A DNA stretch of 64,000 nt from positions 32,736,001 through 32,800,000 of the forward strand of contig OX597838.1 of the NCBI GenBank assembly GCA_951406725.2, given 5' to 3'. Position 1 is the first letter of the stretch. Each line of letters begins with the position of its first letter. The notes below the pieces were generated by a model, which saw nothing but the letters and a program-made list of their open reading frames with translations, was not told the origin of the DNA and ran no database searches. Both the position numbers and the translations under genes were made by a program. The DNA is from Octopus vulgaris (lineage: Eukaryota). Shown piece by piece: positions 1 through 12,193 of the stretch.

Positions 1-513
1 TTCTTATTTCGACCCATCATGCACTGATACCTCACAGGTAAGATACTGCTCTACGAACAACTGTGGTGCATCACTGGTGCAGAATTGTCTCTTCAGGTGA
101 CGTGTCAAATGATAACTCCTTTTTTTTAATTTGCCAATTTACTTATTTGTATTCCTGAAAGGAAATCCAGTGGCATATAGCTCCATGCCACTGTTGACAT
201 CAGGTAACCAAATATTGTGAACAGACTTTAAACAGCACATTACAAGGCATATATCCAAATATAAAATCATTACATTATATATATATATATATATATATTC
301 AAAATGTAACTACAAGTGGATTGTTGGCAAATCATTTCCTCCATCTTCCTTTTCTTTTAGACTTTCCTCTGTCTCCTATTTCTGCTCGAAACATAAAACA
401 CCCTTTCTTTCCTTCTCTGAGCATCTTATTAATACTTTGCATGTACCATGTTCTTGTGTTGCCGTTCTTTATCTCCATTTTTTTTATCAACTATATATAT
501 ATATATATAATAA

Positions 514-894
514 CTAGCAAACGCACCCATCCTTTGGATGGTTTAAGTTGCTTTCACGGTATCTTTTTCACCAAATAATTGAACTACCAAGAAGGTTTAT
601 GTGTAGCATGGCAATCTGTTTCCGATTAACCTAGGAACGAATTAAGTATTAAGCATTTTATTGTTATCGCCCCTTCATATTTCCAAAAGTCCCCTTGAAT
701 CAATAAAAAATCACTCTATTTGCCATAGCAACCACATCTTTATAGCTTGCGAATTTTAACCATCGCGGGTCTCATCCTCACCACGCATTTAGTATCCCTG
801 CCAATTTTCAGCTCAATCCTAGCCTCGGTTTGGCCGCCATTAACCGTCAAAGCAAAATGGGCATACAATTCTCGTCCATGGACTGTTTTATAGA
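514..894 (-). mobile_element. Non-autonomous Helitron-like element
   Basis: On the minus strand it ends with the hairpin CCATCC-AAA-GGATGG about 10 nt before CTAG-T; a TC-type 5' end near 894. Confidence 0.55.
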
Positions 895-907
895 TATAAG
901 TACACAC

Positions 908-1185
908 ACAGCTCTTCAATATCCTCCCGAAGAACCTGAGAGACCTGCATGGGGTGGATGCAGATGTCTTTAAAATAAAACTAGATTTCTTCCTGTCAGG
1001 TGTCCCAGATGAACCAACTTCACGGCAGGAGGTGCAGATGAGGGCAGCTGCATCGAACTCTCTCATGCACCAAATGGCAATTGCTAAAAAGCATTCGTGA
1101 AGTAAAATCATGTAGCAACACCAAATGGCGGTGCCCCAGCATGGCCACAGCTCGTGAGCTGAAACTAGATAAAATAAATTTAAAA
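908..1185 (+). mobile_element. CR1-group LINE 3' fragment
   Basis: Translates to QLFNILPKNLRDL...FKIKLDFFLSGVPDEP...NSL, typical of the C-terminal end of CR1-group ORF2; the tail (ccccagcatggccacagc...gaaactagataaaa) resembles the local SINE tail. Confidence 0.7.
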
Positions 1186-1284
1186 AAACACACACACACA
1201 TTAATTGATTATAAAGTCAATGTTTATCAAAGCATATTTTGCTTTCAAAATTCAATAGAATCTACAGACAGCATTTAATATTTT

Positions 1285-1430
1285 TTATGAACACCTGTCT
1301 GCAAACTGATGACCGTTCTGGTCCAGACACTGCTGATAATGTGAAGTAAAGCAATTGCAAATATCAAGAAACACTTCATTTTGTATTTGTGGCCAGTCTT
1401 GTTCAACAGCTGCTTTCAGCTTGAACTCAG
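1285..1430 (-). mobile_element. Tc1/mariner transposase C-terminal remnant
   Basis: LKAAVEQDW...QCLDQNGHQF resembles the Tc1/mariner C-terminal C...NG..FE motif. Confidence 0.5.
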
Positions 1431-1516
1431 AATGTAGTGACGGAGAAAATACCCCTAAGCATTTCATCCAGCACTCTAAGGATTCTGCCAGCTCATCGCA
1501 TTAATAATAATAATAA

Positions 1517-1928
1517 ATCAACAGAAATCAGCAAAATGTGGAACCTGAAGACTAAAACAATACCTGTTGTCATAGGTGCCCTGGGAATGATGGCAAAAGG
1601 GGCTGATTGCTACCTAACTCAGATACCAGGAAACCCCAAAATGGCAGAAATTCAAAAGATAGTGCTCATGGGAACTGCTCATATCCTAAGCAAAATACTT
1701 TCTATGTAATCTCAAGTTTTAAAAGAAACATACTTTTTTTTCTTTTTTTTTTTTGACATTCACTAGTACAACACTAAATACAAAACCAAATATATGGCAC
1801 ACTAGGCATAACAACATCACAAACTTCCAACCTGTTGTCTCTTGAGGTCTCTGGTTGAGACTTGGAGCCAACTTGTACAAATATAAAGCAAAAGTCAAAC
1901 ATAGAATAATAATAATAATAATAATAAC

Positions 1929-1960
<32 letters not shown>
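1517..1960 (+). mobile_element. R4/Dong-like (RLE) non-LTR 3' fragment inserted in (TAA)n
   Basis: EISKMW...PVVIGALG...IQKIVLMGTAHIL..IL C-terminus plus 3'UTR, with (AAT)n on both sides. Confidence 0.75.
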
Positions 1961-1961
<1 letters not shown>

Positions 1962-2639
1962 TGTTTGAGGAAGAGAGCGTTTTTTGATTACATACATCAA
2001 CCTTAATTCTTACTCTTTTACTCGTTTCAGTCATTTGACTGCGGCCATGCAGGAGCACCGCCTTTAGTTGAACAAATCGACCCCAGGACTTATCCTTCTT
2101 GGGAGGAACTTGGTTTTATCAATCTCCTGAGTTGACAAAAAGCGAACTTGACCCAACCTCAGCAGAAATTGAACACAGAAGGTAAAGCACCAGAATAAAT
2201 AAAGTGCCTGTAGATGTTACAAACTTCCACTGCCATCATCTCTTAGGTGATCATCGTTCTTCCAGGTAAAAGAGAGAAAAAAAGTAACAGGGAGTCTGTT
2301 ATAATCTTTTGTATTATTTAATTCTTTTATCATCATCACCATCATCATTGTCATCATCATCATCATCATCATCACTGTCATAATCACTATTGCAGAAAGA
2401 AAAAAAAAAACTAAAGATTTGTTTCTCTTCCTGAAAGCTATAAAGACCAAAACAAAAAAAATTGTTTGTTTTTTTCTAAAAACAGGACGTTTTTTAAAAT
2501 TATTTTCCTTTGATTTTCATCAATTAAATAGAAAAATGTACCTCTACTCCATGTTGAATAATTGTATCGAGGAATATTTATATATATTCTCCTTCAGCTG
2601 TTTATATTCCCCAAAACCCAGACATACACATACATATAT

Positions 2640-2708
<69 letters not shown>

Positions 2709-3013
2709 TATATAGATCAAAATGGAGATTGTCAAATTCTTTTATTGTGCGAATACAAAATGCATAAAAAATTCATTGAAATATTAGGTTCCAAGCAATT
2801 GAAACCTATTTCAATGAATTTTTATGTATTTTGTATTCTCACAATAAAGGAATTTGACCTACGAAAATCTGTCCTCCACTTTGATCTATGTTATATTTTG
2901 CTCATAGGGAGCACTAATTAGGTGTGCTGCAACAAAGGTTTCCTTTTTTCTTATTATTCTATATATCTGTAAAGGTAATATGTGACAATTATTCAGTAGC
3001 CATTGGATGGCTG

Positions 3014-3074
3014 GATAACTGAAGAGGTGGTGGCGTAGATTTACACCCCGGCATCCGAAACTCGGAGTTTTATC
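3014..3074 (+). ncRNA. Type I hammerhead ribozyme motif (Penelope-type)
   Basis: Stem I GAUAA/UUAUC; core CUGAAGA (3019-3025); stem II GGUG.../CAUCC; GAAA (3057-3060); stem III ACUC-G-GAGU; cleavage triplet GUU. Confidence 0.7.
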
Positions 3075-3182
3075 ATGGCTACCGAATAATTGTCACTTAT
3101 TACATTTACAGATAAATTCCTCTATTTACATAATATCAAGGTCTCTTTCATTCTTTTGTCTTACCATTTCTATCAATATATA

Positions 3183-3215
<33 letters not shown>

Positions 3216-3359
3216 ACATATATATAAAGAGTGAACCAATAGGAAATGAAGGAATGTTGTTTTTAGGTGTGCGTGATTTGTAGAAGGAAATGCTTTGAGT
3301 CATGCAGGCCTGGTCAGCCATAAAAGAAGCCACTGGGAACCAATCCCCTTGTAAGAAAT

Positions 3360-3692
3360 GATCATCATCATAATTGTCTCGATCGTGGTCGAGACAATGG
3401 AATTTACCCTGTTACACCAGACTTCACGGTCCATCATGGCATTACGGAGGTCCTGTTGTTGGATGCCTGTATCCCTGGAGATTACATCAGGGTAGGAGAG
3501 TGTGCGCCCCCTGGTATCGCGAGTAGATGGCTTCCAGAGGAGAAGAGTAGATATTACCTTGTTTTCAGCTCTACAACAATGTCCAGCAAACTGGATTCTC
3601 CTACCTTTCACAAGAGATGACACAGGTGGTAGTTTCCCATATATTTGTACTTTGGTTGGATGATGCTTCCACGAGAGATTTTGAGCTCTCAT
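3360..3692 (-). mobile_element. RTE-clade LINE 3' fragment
   Basis: LSWKHHPT...RRIQFAGHCCR...LLLWKP...GR...MDREVW followed by a (GAT)n tail. Confidence 0.75.
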
Positions 3693-6600
3693 AATGATAC
3701 CGCTATTGTCGACACCAGAACATGTGCAGCCTGTGGAAAGGTGTGCCTTTCACTTGGATGATTCAAAAAGGCATGTCAAAAGACTTCATACTGTGGTACC
3801 GGTTCCTTCTGCCAGCCAGCACAACTGTGCATTATGCAATAAAATGTGCAAATCTTTGGTGCGGCTCAAGAGTCATACAAAGGCCTCACATTGCATTATC
3901 AATGACTTGCTTCAATGATTCTTTCTAACAATGGCTTCGCTCATATACAAGATAGCAGCCACTGTGTGTGTAGAGGCATACCTCAACTGATATCATTTAG
4001 AGTTGCATTTTTTTCCTTTCACCTTAAAACTTTTTTTTTTTTTTTTCCGGGAAATTAATGGAAAAGAAAAAAAGAATTTCAGCCAATTCATCCGACATTA
4101 CTTTGGTCTCAGTGAACATATTTAAGACTCAAACATTTTTTAAAATACCCAAAAAAAAAAAAAATACAAGTGAAAATAAGTAGAGACCCTTTTTTAAAAA
4201 GGATATCATCTAATAATTTATTTTAAAATATTCTAACATGTAATGTTGTGTTTTGAATTGAGTTGTGCATCTAGAAAAAAACAATCACTGATATATGTTG
4301 AGGTTATGTCTGTACACACGCATATATATTCATGCATATATATATATATATATAAATATATATACAATTCATAAATAAGCAAACGAAAAATTTCTAATGC
4401 CAAATGTGCCCAAAAATTGGACATATTGTCCAATTTTTGGGCATATTTGGCATTAGAAATTTTTCGTTTGCCTTATTTATGAATTGTTAATAATTTTAAC
4501 CTTTAAAGGTATTTTTTAATATGCTGGCCATTGATAAAATTTTTTGGAAAATAATTTTTTTCGAAAAAATTTTTTCCTGCATTAGATATAAATATATATA
4601 TATATATATACACACACAATATATATATATTCACACGCATATATATGTATGTATATATGTGTATTTTATATATATATATATATACATATATATATTTAAA
4701 TACATTATATACATATATATATTTGGGTTTATGTATCTCTATATATCTGCCTGTGTGTGTGTATAAATATATATGTATGTATGCATCCCTGTGTGTGTGT
4801 GTGTGGATATATATGTATGTATGTATGTATGTATATGGGTTTTACTGTTATTGGTATATAAATAAGCAGATATCTTTTTTTTTTGTAAAAGAACATAAAG
4901 AAAAATAATAAAAAAAATAAATGTTGTTGATGTTGTTTATGTTGACATTTTATACAAATAAAGAGATTTTGTAAAAACGATTATTTTATTGTTTGTTTTG
5001 CATTTGTTTTGTTTGTTTTTTGTTAAATAATAACCCCTTGTTAAAAGTATTTCAGTGAAATTTATTTGTTCACCTGTTTAACCATTTAGCATTTAAACTG
5101 ATTATATCTAACCCAAATATTCCACCTGTTTTATGTTCAAACTAACCAGATCTGGCTTCTCACACCTACCTTACAATGTCATTCTAAAAATAATTGCTTC
5201 ATCGAAACTTCAAAGCTAAGAGATAATGCATGATTAATTCAAAACATGACTGGCATCCGTGCTAGCGCCATACGAGTGTGATCGTTGACAGAGAGGCTAT
5301 TCGAGTATTATCGTTACCAGTGTCGCCTTACTGGCACTCATGCCTGTGCTAGTAGGGTGCCAAGAGCACCATCCGAGCGTGATCGTTGCTAGAGCAGCCA
5401 ACTGGCTTCCGTGCCGGTGGCACGTAAAAGGGCACCATTCGAGTGTGATTGTTACCAACGTCGCTTCACTGGCACCTGTGTCGGTGGCACGTGTAAAAGA
5501 TTCAAGCAAGGTCATTGCCAGTACCGCCTGACTGGCCCCTGTGCAGGTGGCACGTAAAAAGCACCCACTACACTCTCGGAGTGGTTGGCATTAGGAAGGG
5601 CATCCAGCTGTAGAAACACTGCCAGATCAAGACTGGAGCCTTGTGTAGCCATCTGGTTGCCAGCCCTCAGTCAAAACCGTCCAACCCAGGCTAGCATGGA
5701 AAGCGGACGTTAAATGATGATGATGATTAGCAATGTGTGAAGCCAGCCTTATCCGATCCAAATATAGAGTATTGTTTTATGTTTGAGCCAGCCAGATCCA
5801 ACCTTTTACTTACCCTAATATGTCATTCTAAAGACAAGCAATGGCATCATTGAAATTTCAAGGCTATGAGGTAATGCATGATTAACTCAAAACAATATAA
5901 ATCAACAAACAGGAGTGGCTGTGTGGTAATTAGTTTGCTTACTAACCACATGGTTCCAGGTTCAGTCCCACTGCATGGCACCTTGGGCAAGTTTCTTCTA
6001 CTATAGACTCAGGCCAACCAAAGACTTTTCAGTGGATTTGGTAGACGGAAACTGAAAGAAGCCCGTCGTATATATGTATGTATATGTATATGTGTTTGTG
6101 CATCTGCGTTTGTCCCATCCAACATCGCTTGACAACCAATGCTGGTGTGTTTACGTTCCCGTAACTTAGCAGTTCAGCAAAAGGATTGATAGAATAAGCG
6201 CTAGGCTTACAAAGAATAAGTCCTGGAGTTGATTCCTTAACTAAAGGCAGTGCTCCAGCATGGCCGCAGTCAAATGACTGAAACAAGTAAAAGAGAAAGT
6301 AAAACATTACATAAATATATATATATTCTTTTACTTGTGTCAGTCATTTGACAATGGCCATACTAGAGCACCCAGGACTCATTCTTTGTAAACCTAGTAC
6401 TTATTCTATCGGTCTCTTTTGCCAAACCACTAGGTCACGGGTACATAAACACACCAACATCGGTTATCAAGCGATGGTGATGAGGAAAAACACAGACACA
6501 CAAATACACTTGCCCAAGGTGCCACCCAGTGGGACTGAACCCAGAACCATGTGGTTGGCAGGCAAACTACTTACCACACAGCCACTCCTGCACCTATTTG

Positions 6601-6929
6601 CGTGCTTCAAAGGGGTTTCTATTTTGAGATTCTCTCGATCTCGTCTGTTGTCTCCATATATAAACAAATGTATCTATACAGATGTATATATGTATATATA
6701 TATATATACCTACTGTTTTGCTTGTTCACAAGATTGCAGCTGCATATTGTGATATTTTAGTTGCAACCAAATAGTCAGGTTAATCTTGTACTTTGAATAA
6801 ACTAATCTTTAATTAAACAGCCTAATTAATGACACAAGATCAATACACACACACACACACACACATGTATATATGTTTATACATTTATCTATGTATGTAT
6901 GTACATACCTATATATATATATATATACC

Positions 6930-7031
<102 letters not shown>

Positions 7032-7168
7032 CATATATATACATACATACATATATATATATATATACATACATATATAATATATTATATATATATATAT
7101 ACCTATATATATATACACATAAATATATATATATATATATATATATACCTATATATATATACACATAA

Positions 7169-7205
<37 letters not shown>

Positions 7206-7495
7206 TATATATACCGGTATTGACACACTCAAGTGTTGCCCATCTTCAATAACCTTTGTTGAAATTTATTCAACAGATTAACTCGTTTACAAAGCAATTA
7301 TAATAACAACAGAAAAATCATTTTAAAGGTTGTTTATGTGTATCTTTGAGCTGAATCATAATTACTTCTGTTAGCCTCAAGGTTGCAAATAACTCTCAAA
7401 AGGAGAGGACGCAGGTACTCAGGAATAAAACTTTTGTGAGATTTGAACTCAGGACATCACTAAATATCCCCACCGAATCTTGTTTTATGAAACTC

Positions 7496-7690
7496 TTTTA
7501 CTCGTTTCAGTCATTTGACTAGACTGTGGCCATGCTGGAGCACCGCCTTTAGTCGAGCAAATCGACCCCAGGACTTACTCTTTAGAAGCCTAGTACTTAT
7601 TCTATCGGTCTCTTTTGCCGAACTGCTAAGTTACGGGGATATAAACACACTAGCATTGGTTGTCAAGCAATGTTGGGTGGACAAACACAG

Positions 7691-7737
<47 letters not shown>

Positions 7738-9010
7738 CATATTTACGATAGACTTCTTTCAGTTTCCGTCTACCAAATCCACTCACAAGGTTTTGGTCGG
7801 CCCGAGGCTATAGTAGAAGACACTTGCCCAAGGTGCCACGCAGTGGGACTGAACCCGGAACTATGTGGTTCGTAAGCAAGCTACTTACCACACAACCACT
7901 CCTACACCTATATACAACAGGCTTCTTTTCAGTTTCCATCTACCAAATCCACTCACAAGGCTTTGGTCGGCCCGAGGCTATAGTAGAAGACACTTGCCCA
8001 AGGTGCCATGCAGTGGGACTGAACCCGGAACTATGTGGTTCGTAAGCAAGCTACTTACCACACAGCCACTTCTACACCTATATACAACAGGCTTCTTTTC
8101 AGTTTCTGTCTACCAAATCCACTCACAAGGCTTTGGTCAGCCCGAGGCTATAGTAGAAGACACTTGCCCAAGGTGCCACGCAGTGGGACTGAACCCGGAA
8201 CTATGTGGTTCGTAAGCAAGCTACTTACCACACAGCCACTCCTACACCTTTATACAACAGGCTTCTTTTCAGTTTCCGTCTACCAAATCCACTCACAAGG
8301 CTTTGGTCGGCCCGAGGCTATAGTAGAAGACACTTGCCCAAGGTGCCATGCAGTGGGACTGAACCCGGAACTATGTGGTTCGTAAGCAAGCTACTTACCA
8401 CACAACCACTCCTACACCTATATACAACAGGCTTCTTTTCAGTTTCCATCTACCAAATCCACTCACAAGGCTTTGGTCGGCCCGAGGCTATAGTAGAAGA
8501 CACTTGCCCAAGGTGCCATGCAGTGGGACTGAACCCGGAACTATGTGGTTCGTAAGCAAGCTACTTACCACACAGCCACTTCTACACCTATATACAACAG
8601 GCTTCTTTTCAGTTTCTGTCTACCAAATCCACTCACAAGGCTTTGGTCTGCCCGAGGCTATAGTAGAAGACACTTGCCCAAGGTGCCACGCAGTGGGACT
8701 GAACCCGGAACTATGTGGTTCGTAAGCAAGCTACTTAACACACAGCCACTCCTACACCTATATACAACAGGCTTCTTTTCAGTTTCTGTCTACCAAATCC
8801 ACTCCCAAGTCTTTGGTCGGCCCAAGGCTATAGTAGAAGACACTTGCCCAAGGTGCCATGCAGTGGGACTGAACCTGGAACTATGTGGTTCATAAGCAAG
8901 CTACTTACCACACAGCCACTCCTACACCTATATACAACAGGCTTCTTTTCAGTTTCCATCTACCAAATCCACTCACAAGGCTATAGTAGAAGACACTTGC
9001 CCAAGGTGCC
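7496..9010 (-). repeat. tRNA-derived SINE with its 170-bp head amplified into a tandem array (7 units plus a partial)
   Basis: The unit motif ctatagtagaagacacttgcc recurs every 170 bp from about 7808 to 8828, with a deleted unit at about 8981. Each unit has A box TGG(C/T)TGTGTGG and B box GGTTCAGTCCC on the minus strand. Confidence 0.9.
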
Positions 9011-9110
9011 ACTCTTAACCATTTCTTCTGTACTACTATAAATTGGAATAATAATCCTTTCTACAGGAGGCACAAGGCCTCAAATTTGTGGGGTGGGGAC
9101 TAGTCAATTA

Positions 9111-9257
9111 TATTGGGTTGGTGCATAATTATTGCAGCTTTTTTAAAAAAAAAACATCTTTGATTATTCTGGAGCATACTCACCATCTACCTCAATTACT
9201 GCTTCCCATTTGCTTGGCAGACAGTCAGATGCAATAATTATGCATTGACCCAGTATA
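9111..9257. mobile_element. Mariner-type MITE (MADE-like)
   Basis: TIRs tattgggttggtgcataattattgc / gcaataattatgcattgacccagtata; a related left end at about 38222. Confidence 0.6.
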
Positions 9258-11580
9258 AATTTTACCACTGAAACTGGTACTTAAATTTATTGACCCTGAA
9301 AGGGTGAAAGGCAAAGTCAACTTTGACAGAATTCGAACTCAGAATGTAGCAACGGGTGGAATACGGCTAAGCATTTCATCCAGCGCGCTAACGATTCTGC
9401 CAGCACAGCGACTAATAAATTGTAATGATGATAATAATTTTGAATTTTGACCGAAAGCCAGCAATTTGGGGAGGGGGGAGGGTTAAGTTGATTACAACAA
9501 CCTCAGTGCTGCCACTAAAACATTTTGCCTGGCTTGCTAACAATTCCGCCAGTTCACCACCTAATTTGTAATAATAATTTCAAATTTTTGCACAAGGCCA
9601 GTAATTCTGAGGTGGAGCATCAGGTGATTACATTGACCCCCCAGTACTTACTTAACTGACCCTGGAAGAACAAAAAGCACAGCCGACCTCGGCAGAATTT
9701 GAACTCTGAACATATAGACCAACGAAATGCCACTAAACATTTTGCCTGGCTTGCTAACGATTCCGCCAGTTCGCCACCTAATTTGTAATAATAATTTCAA
9801 ATTTTTGCACAAGGCCAGCAATTCTGAGGTGGAGCATCAGGTGATTACATTGACCCTCCAGTACTCGATTGGTACTTACTTTACTGACCCTGGAAGAACA
9901 AAAAGCAAAGCCGACCTCGGCAGAATTTGAACTCAGAACATATAGACCAACAAAATGCCACAAAGCATTTTGTCTGGCAGCTTATGATTCTGCCTCCAAT
10001 TGTAATAGTAGTAGTAGTAATCATCATTTAGCGTCCGCTTTCCATGCTAGCATGGGTTGGACGGTTTGACTGGGGTCTGGGAAGCCAGAAGGCTGCATCA
10101 GGCCCAGTCTGATCTGGCAGTGTTTCTACGGCTGGATGCCCTTCCTAACGCCAACCACTCCGTGAGTGTAGTGGGTGCTTTTTACGTGCCACCCGCACAG
10201 GTGCCAGACGGGGCTGGCAAACGGCCACGGATGGATGGTGCTTTTTACGTGCCACCGGCACGGGGGCCAGGTGAGGCTGGCAATGGCCACGAACGGATGG
10301 TGCCAGTCGGGGCGGCGCTGGCAACGGCCACGATCGGATGGTTCTCTTACGTGCCCCCGGCACTGGTATCACAGCTACAATTTCCATTGATGTTGATCGA
10401 CTTCGATTTTGGTTCTGCTTTCTGATATCTGATTTGATTAATAATAATAATGAGCTCAAATTTTGGCACAAGGCCAGCAATTCTGGGGTAGGACATCAGT
10501 TGATTACATCTGAAATTTTGAGGAGGGGGAGAGTTGATTACATCAACCTAAGTGCTCAACTGGTACTTATTTTATTGACCCCAAAAGGATGAAAGGCAAA
10601 GTTGACCTCTGTAGAAATTGAACTCAGAATGTAAAGACAGACAAAATGCCTCGAAGCGTTTTGCCCAGCAAGTTACCGATTCTGCCAGCTCACCCCCTTA
10701 TTTGTAATAATTTTATTAAAGTTGACCCCTGTATTCGGCTGGTGCTTTTGTTTATCAAACCCCGGAAGAATAAAAAGTTGACTTTATCTGGATTTGAACT
10801 CACATCTCAAAGAACCCAAACAACTGCAAGTTTTTTATTGGATGTGTTAACAAATTTTGTCAAACTACTACATTTTCCAGCATACATGGTGAATTTTTTC
10901 GACTAAAAATTTACAGCCAAGAAAGGTTGGTGGGGGGAGGGGGCTTAAGAGCCAGTGAACCAGGAAATCTCTATGAGGTCAATATGCTAGAAATAGCAAC
11001 CAAATCTCCATCATATTACCTCCAACAGTCTTAAAAATGTCAACTTATATCTCACTGGGGGCAGTGGATTTTATGACTGTGTTGTACGTTCCAATTTTAT
11101 AAAATGGCAGTGCCCCAGCATGGCCACAGCTTGTGAGCTGAAACTAGATAAAAAATAAAAAAATACACCAAGACAACTGCAGAGGGCCAAAATTTCCATG
11201 TGAAATGCAGCACCTGATGATCAGCCATCTCTCATGTGGCCCACTTCTTGAAAAAGGTTGCCCATGCCGGCTGTATGTGCTCAATCTGCTAGAAATAGCA
11301 GCCAAACCAACGTTATATTACACCTTGGTCTTCTGGAGCAGATGCGATCATTTAATATCTTAATGTTTCACGGAATACATAATCCAATATGATATTCTTC
11401 CTGTAAGAAGTGAGCTGAAGGAGATTTGGCTTCTATTTCTAGCAAGACCGAGCCTTCTGTCTAGGAGCTTCATTTTACTCCTTTAGCATTCAGACTACTC
11501 TCAAATGAAATGGCCCCAGCATGGCGGCAGTCTAATGACAGATAAAAGATACAGGATACGTATTTATGCATATATATAAT

Positions 11581-11586
11581 TTTATT
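11581..11586 (-). terminator. Candidate PES1 polyadenylation signal AATAAA
   Basis: tttatt on the plus strand about 530 nt past the stop codon; motif only. Confidence 0.45.
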
Positions 11587-11678
11587 GTCTTTATAAAATA
11601 TTGCCATACAACTTCCTCATCTCGGACTCACATACCATCACCATATCAGTCAGTCTCCCCCACACTCAATGAAATTTT

Positions 11679-12086
11679 GGATCTTTTCGGTTTGACCGGC
11701 AGTTTTTAAAATAATTTCCACATAACTAAACACTTTTAAACTTCATATACTGGTAGAATGTGTTTATAGAACATCTTTTTCTCTTGGCTTTATTGAAAAA
11801 ATTCTATAGTTTGTAAGATATTTGTTGTTTTTTTCTTCGATTTCTGCAATTTCAACCAATCAATGACGTCTATTGAGATGAAAACATTCTGTGCCATATG
11901 AATATGTCCCTCGTTTAAGAAACAGATTGGGTTTATTTACATTACTGAAGGAAAAAAATACCCTTCCCCCCACCCCTAGCCCTAAAAGAGATTGAAATGC
12001 AATAGATCAATACTGGGGTCATAATTACGGGTGACAATTTCATATGACACTGCTAGAAAAAACTGCCGTTCAAACAGAAAAGACTC
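11679..12086. mobile_element. MITE with GGATCTTTTCGGTTTGA TIRs in the PES1 3'UTR
   Basis: Same family as 58242-58663, in the opposite orientation; about 28-bp TIRs. Confidence 0.8.
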
Positions 12087-12115
12087 AAAATCTCCTCTCA
12101 TCATCCATTACACTC

Positions 12116-12193
12116 CTATCTCTTCTGACGGGCAGTTTTACTAGTTTTTTTCTCCTTCTCAATGGCTTCTCTCTTCTGCTTCAGTTTCCTCGT
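12116..12193 (-). CDS. PES1: PES1 exon 17 coding part ([16 protein letters not shown]...QKR-stop)
   Basis: tttactcag|ACG...AGA TAG. Confidence 0.92.
   Translation of the reverse strand, partial: TRKLKQKREAIEKEKKTSKTARQKR

Noticed and set aside
1-210. Possible plus-strand exon ends (cag|gtaaga at 37; Cys-rich peptide SYFDPSCTDTSQVRYCSTNNC) and a poly(A) signal at 4957-4962
   Set aside because: Too short, at the window edge and with no recognisable homology; a neighbouring gene end is possible but unsupported.
7824-9041. Series of 116-aa ORFs resembling a tandem gene family
   Set aside because: They arise from the 170-bp SINE-head array read antisense; the same peptides appear at every SINE copy.
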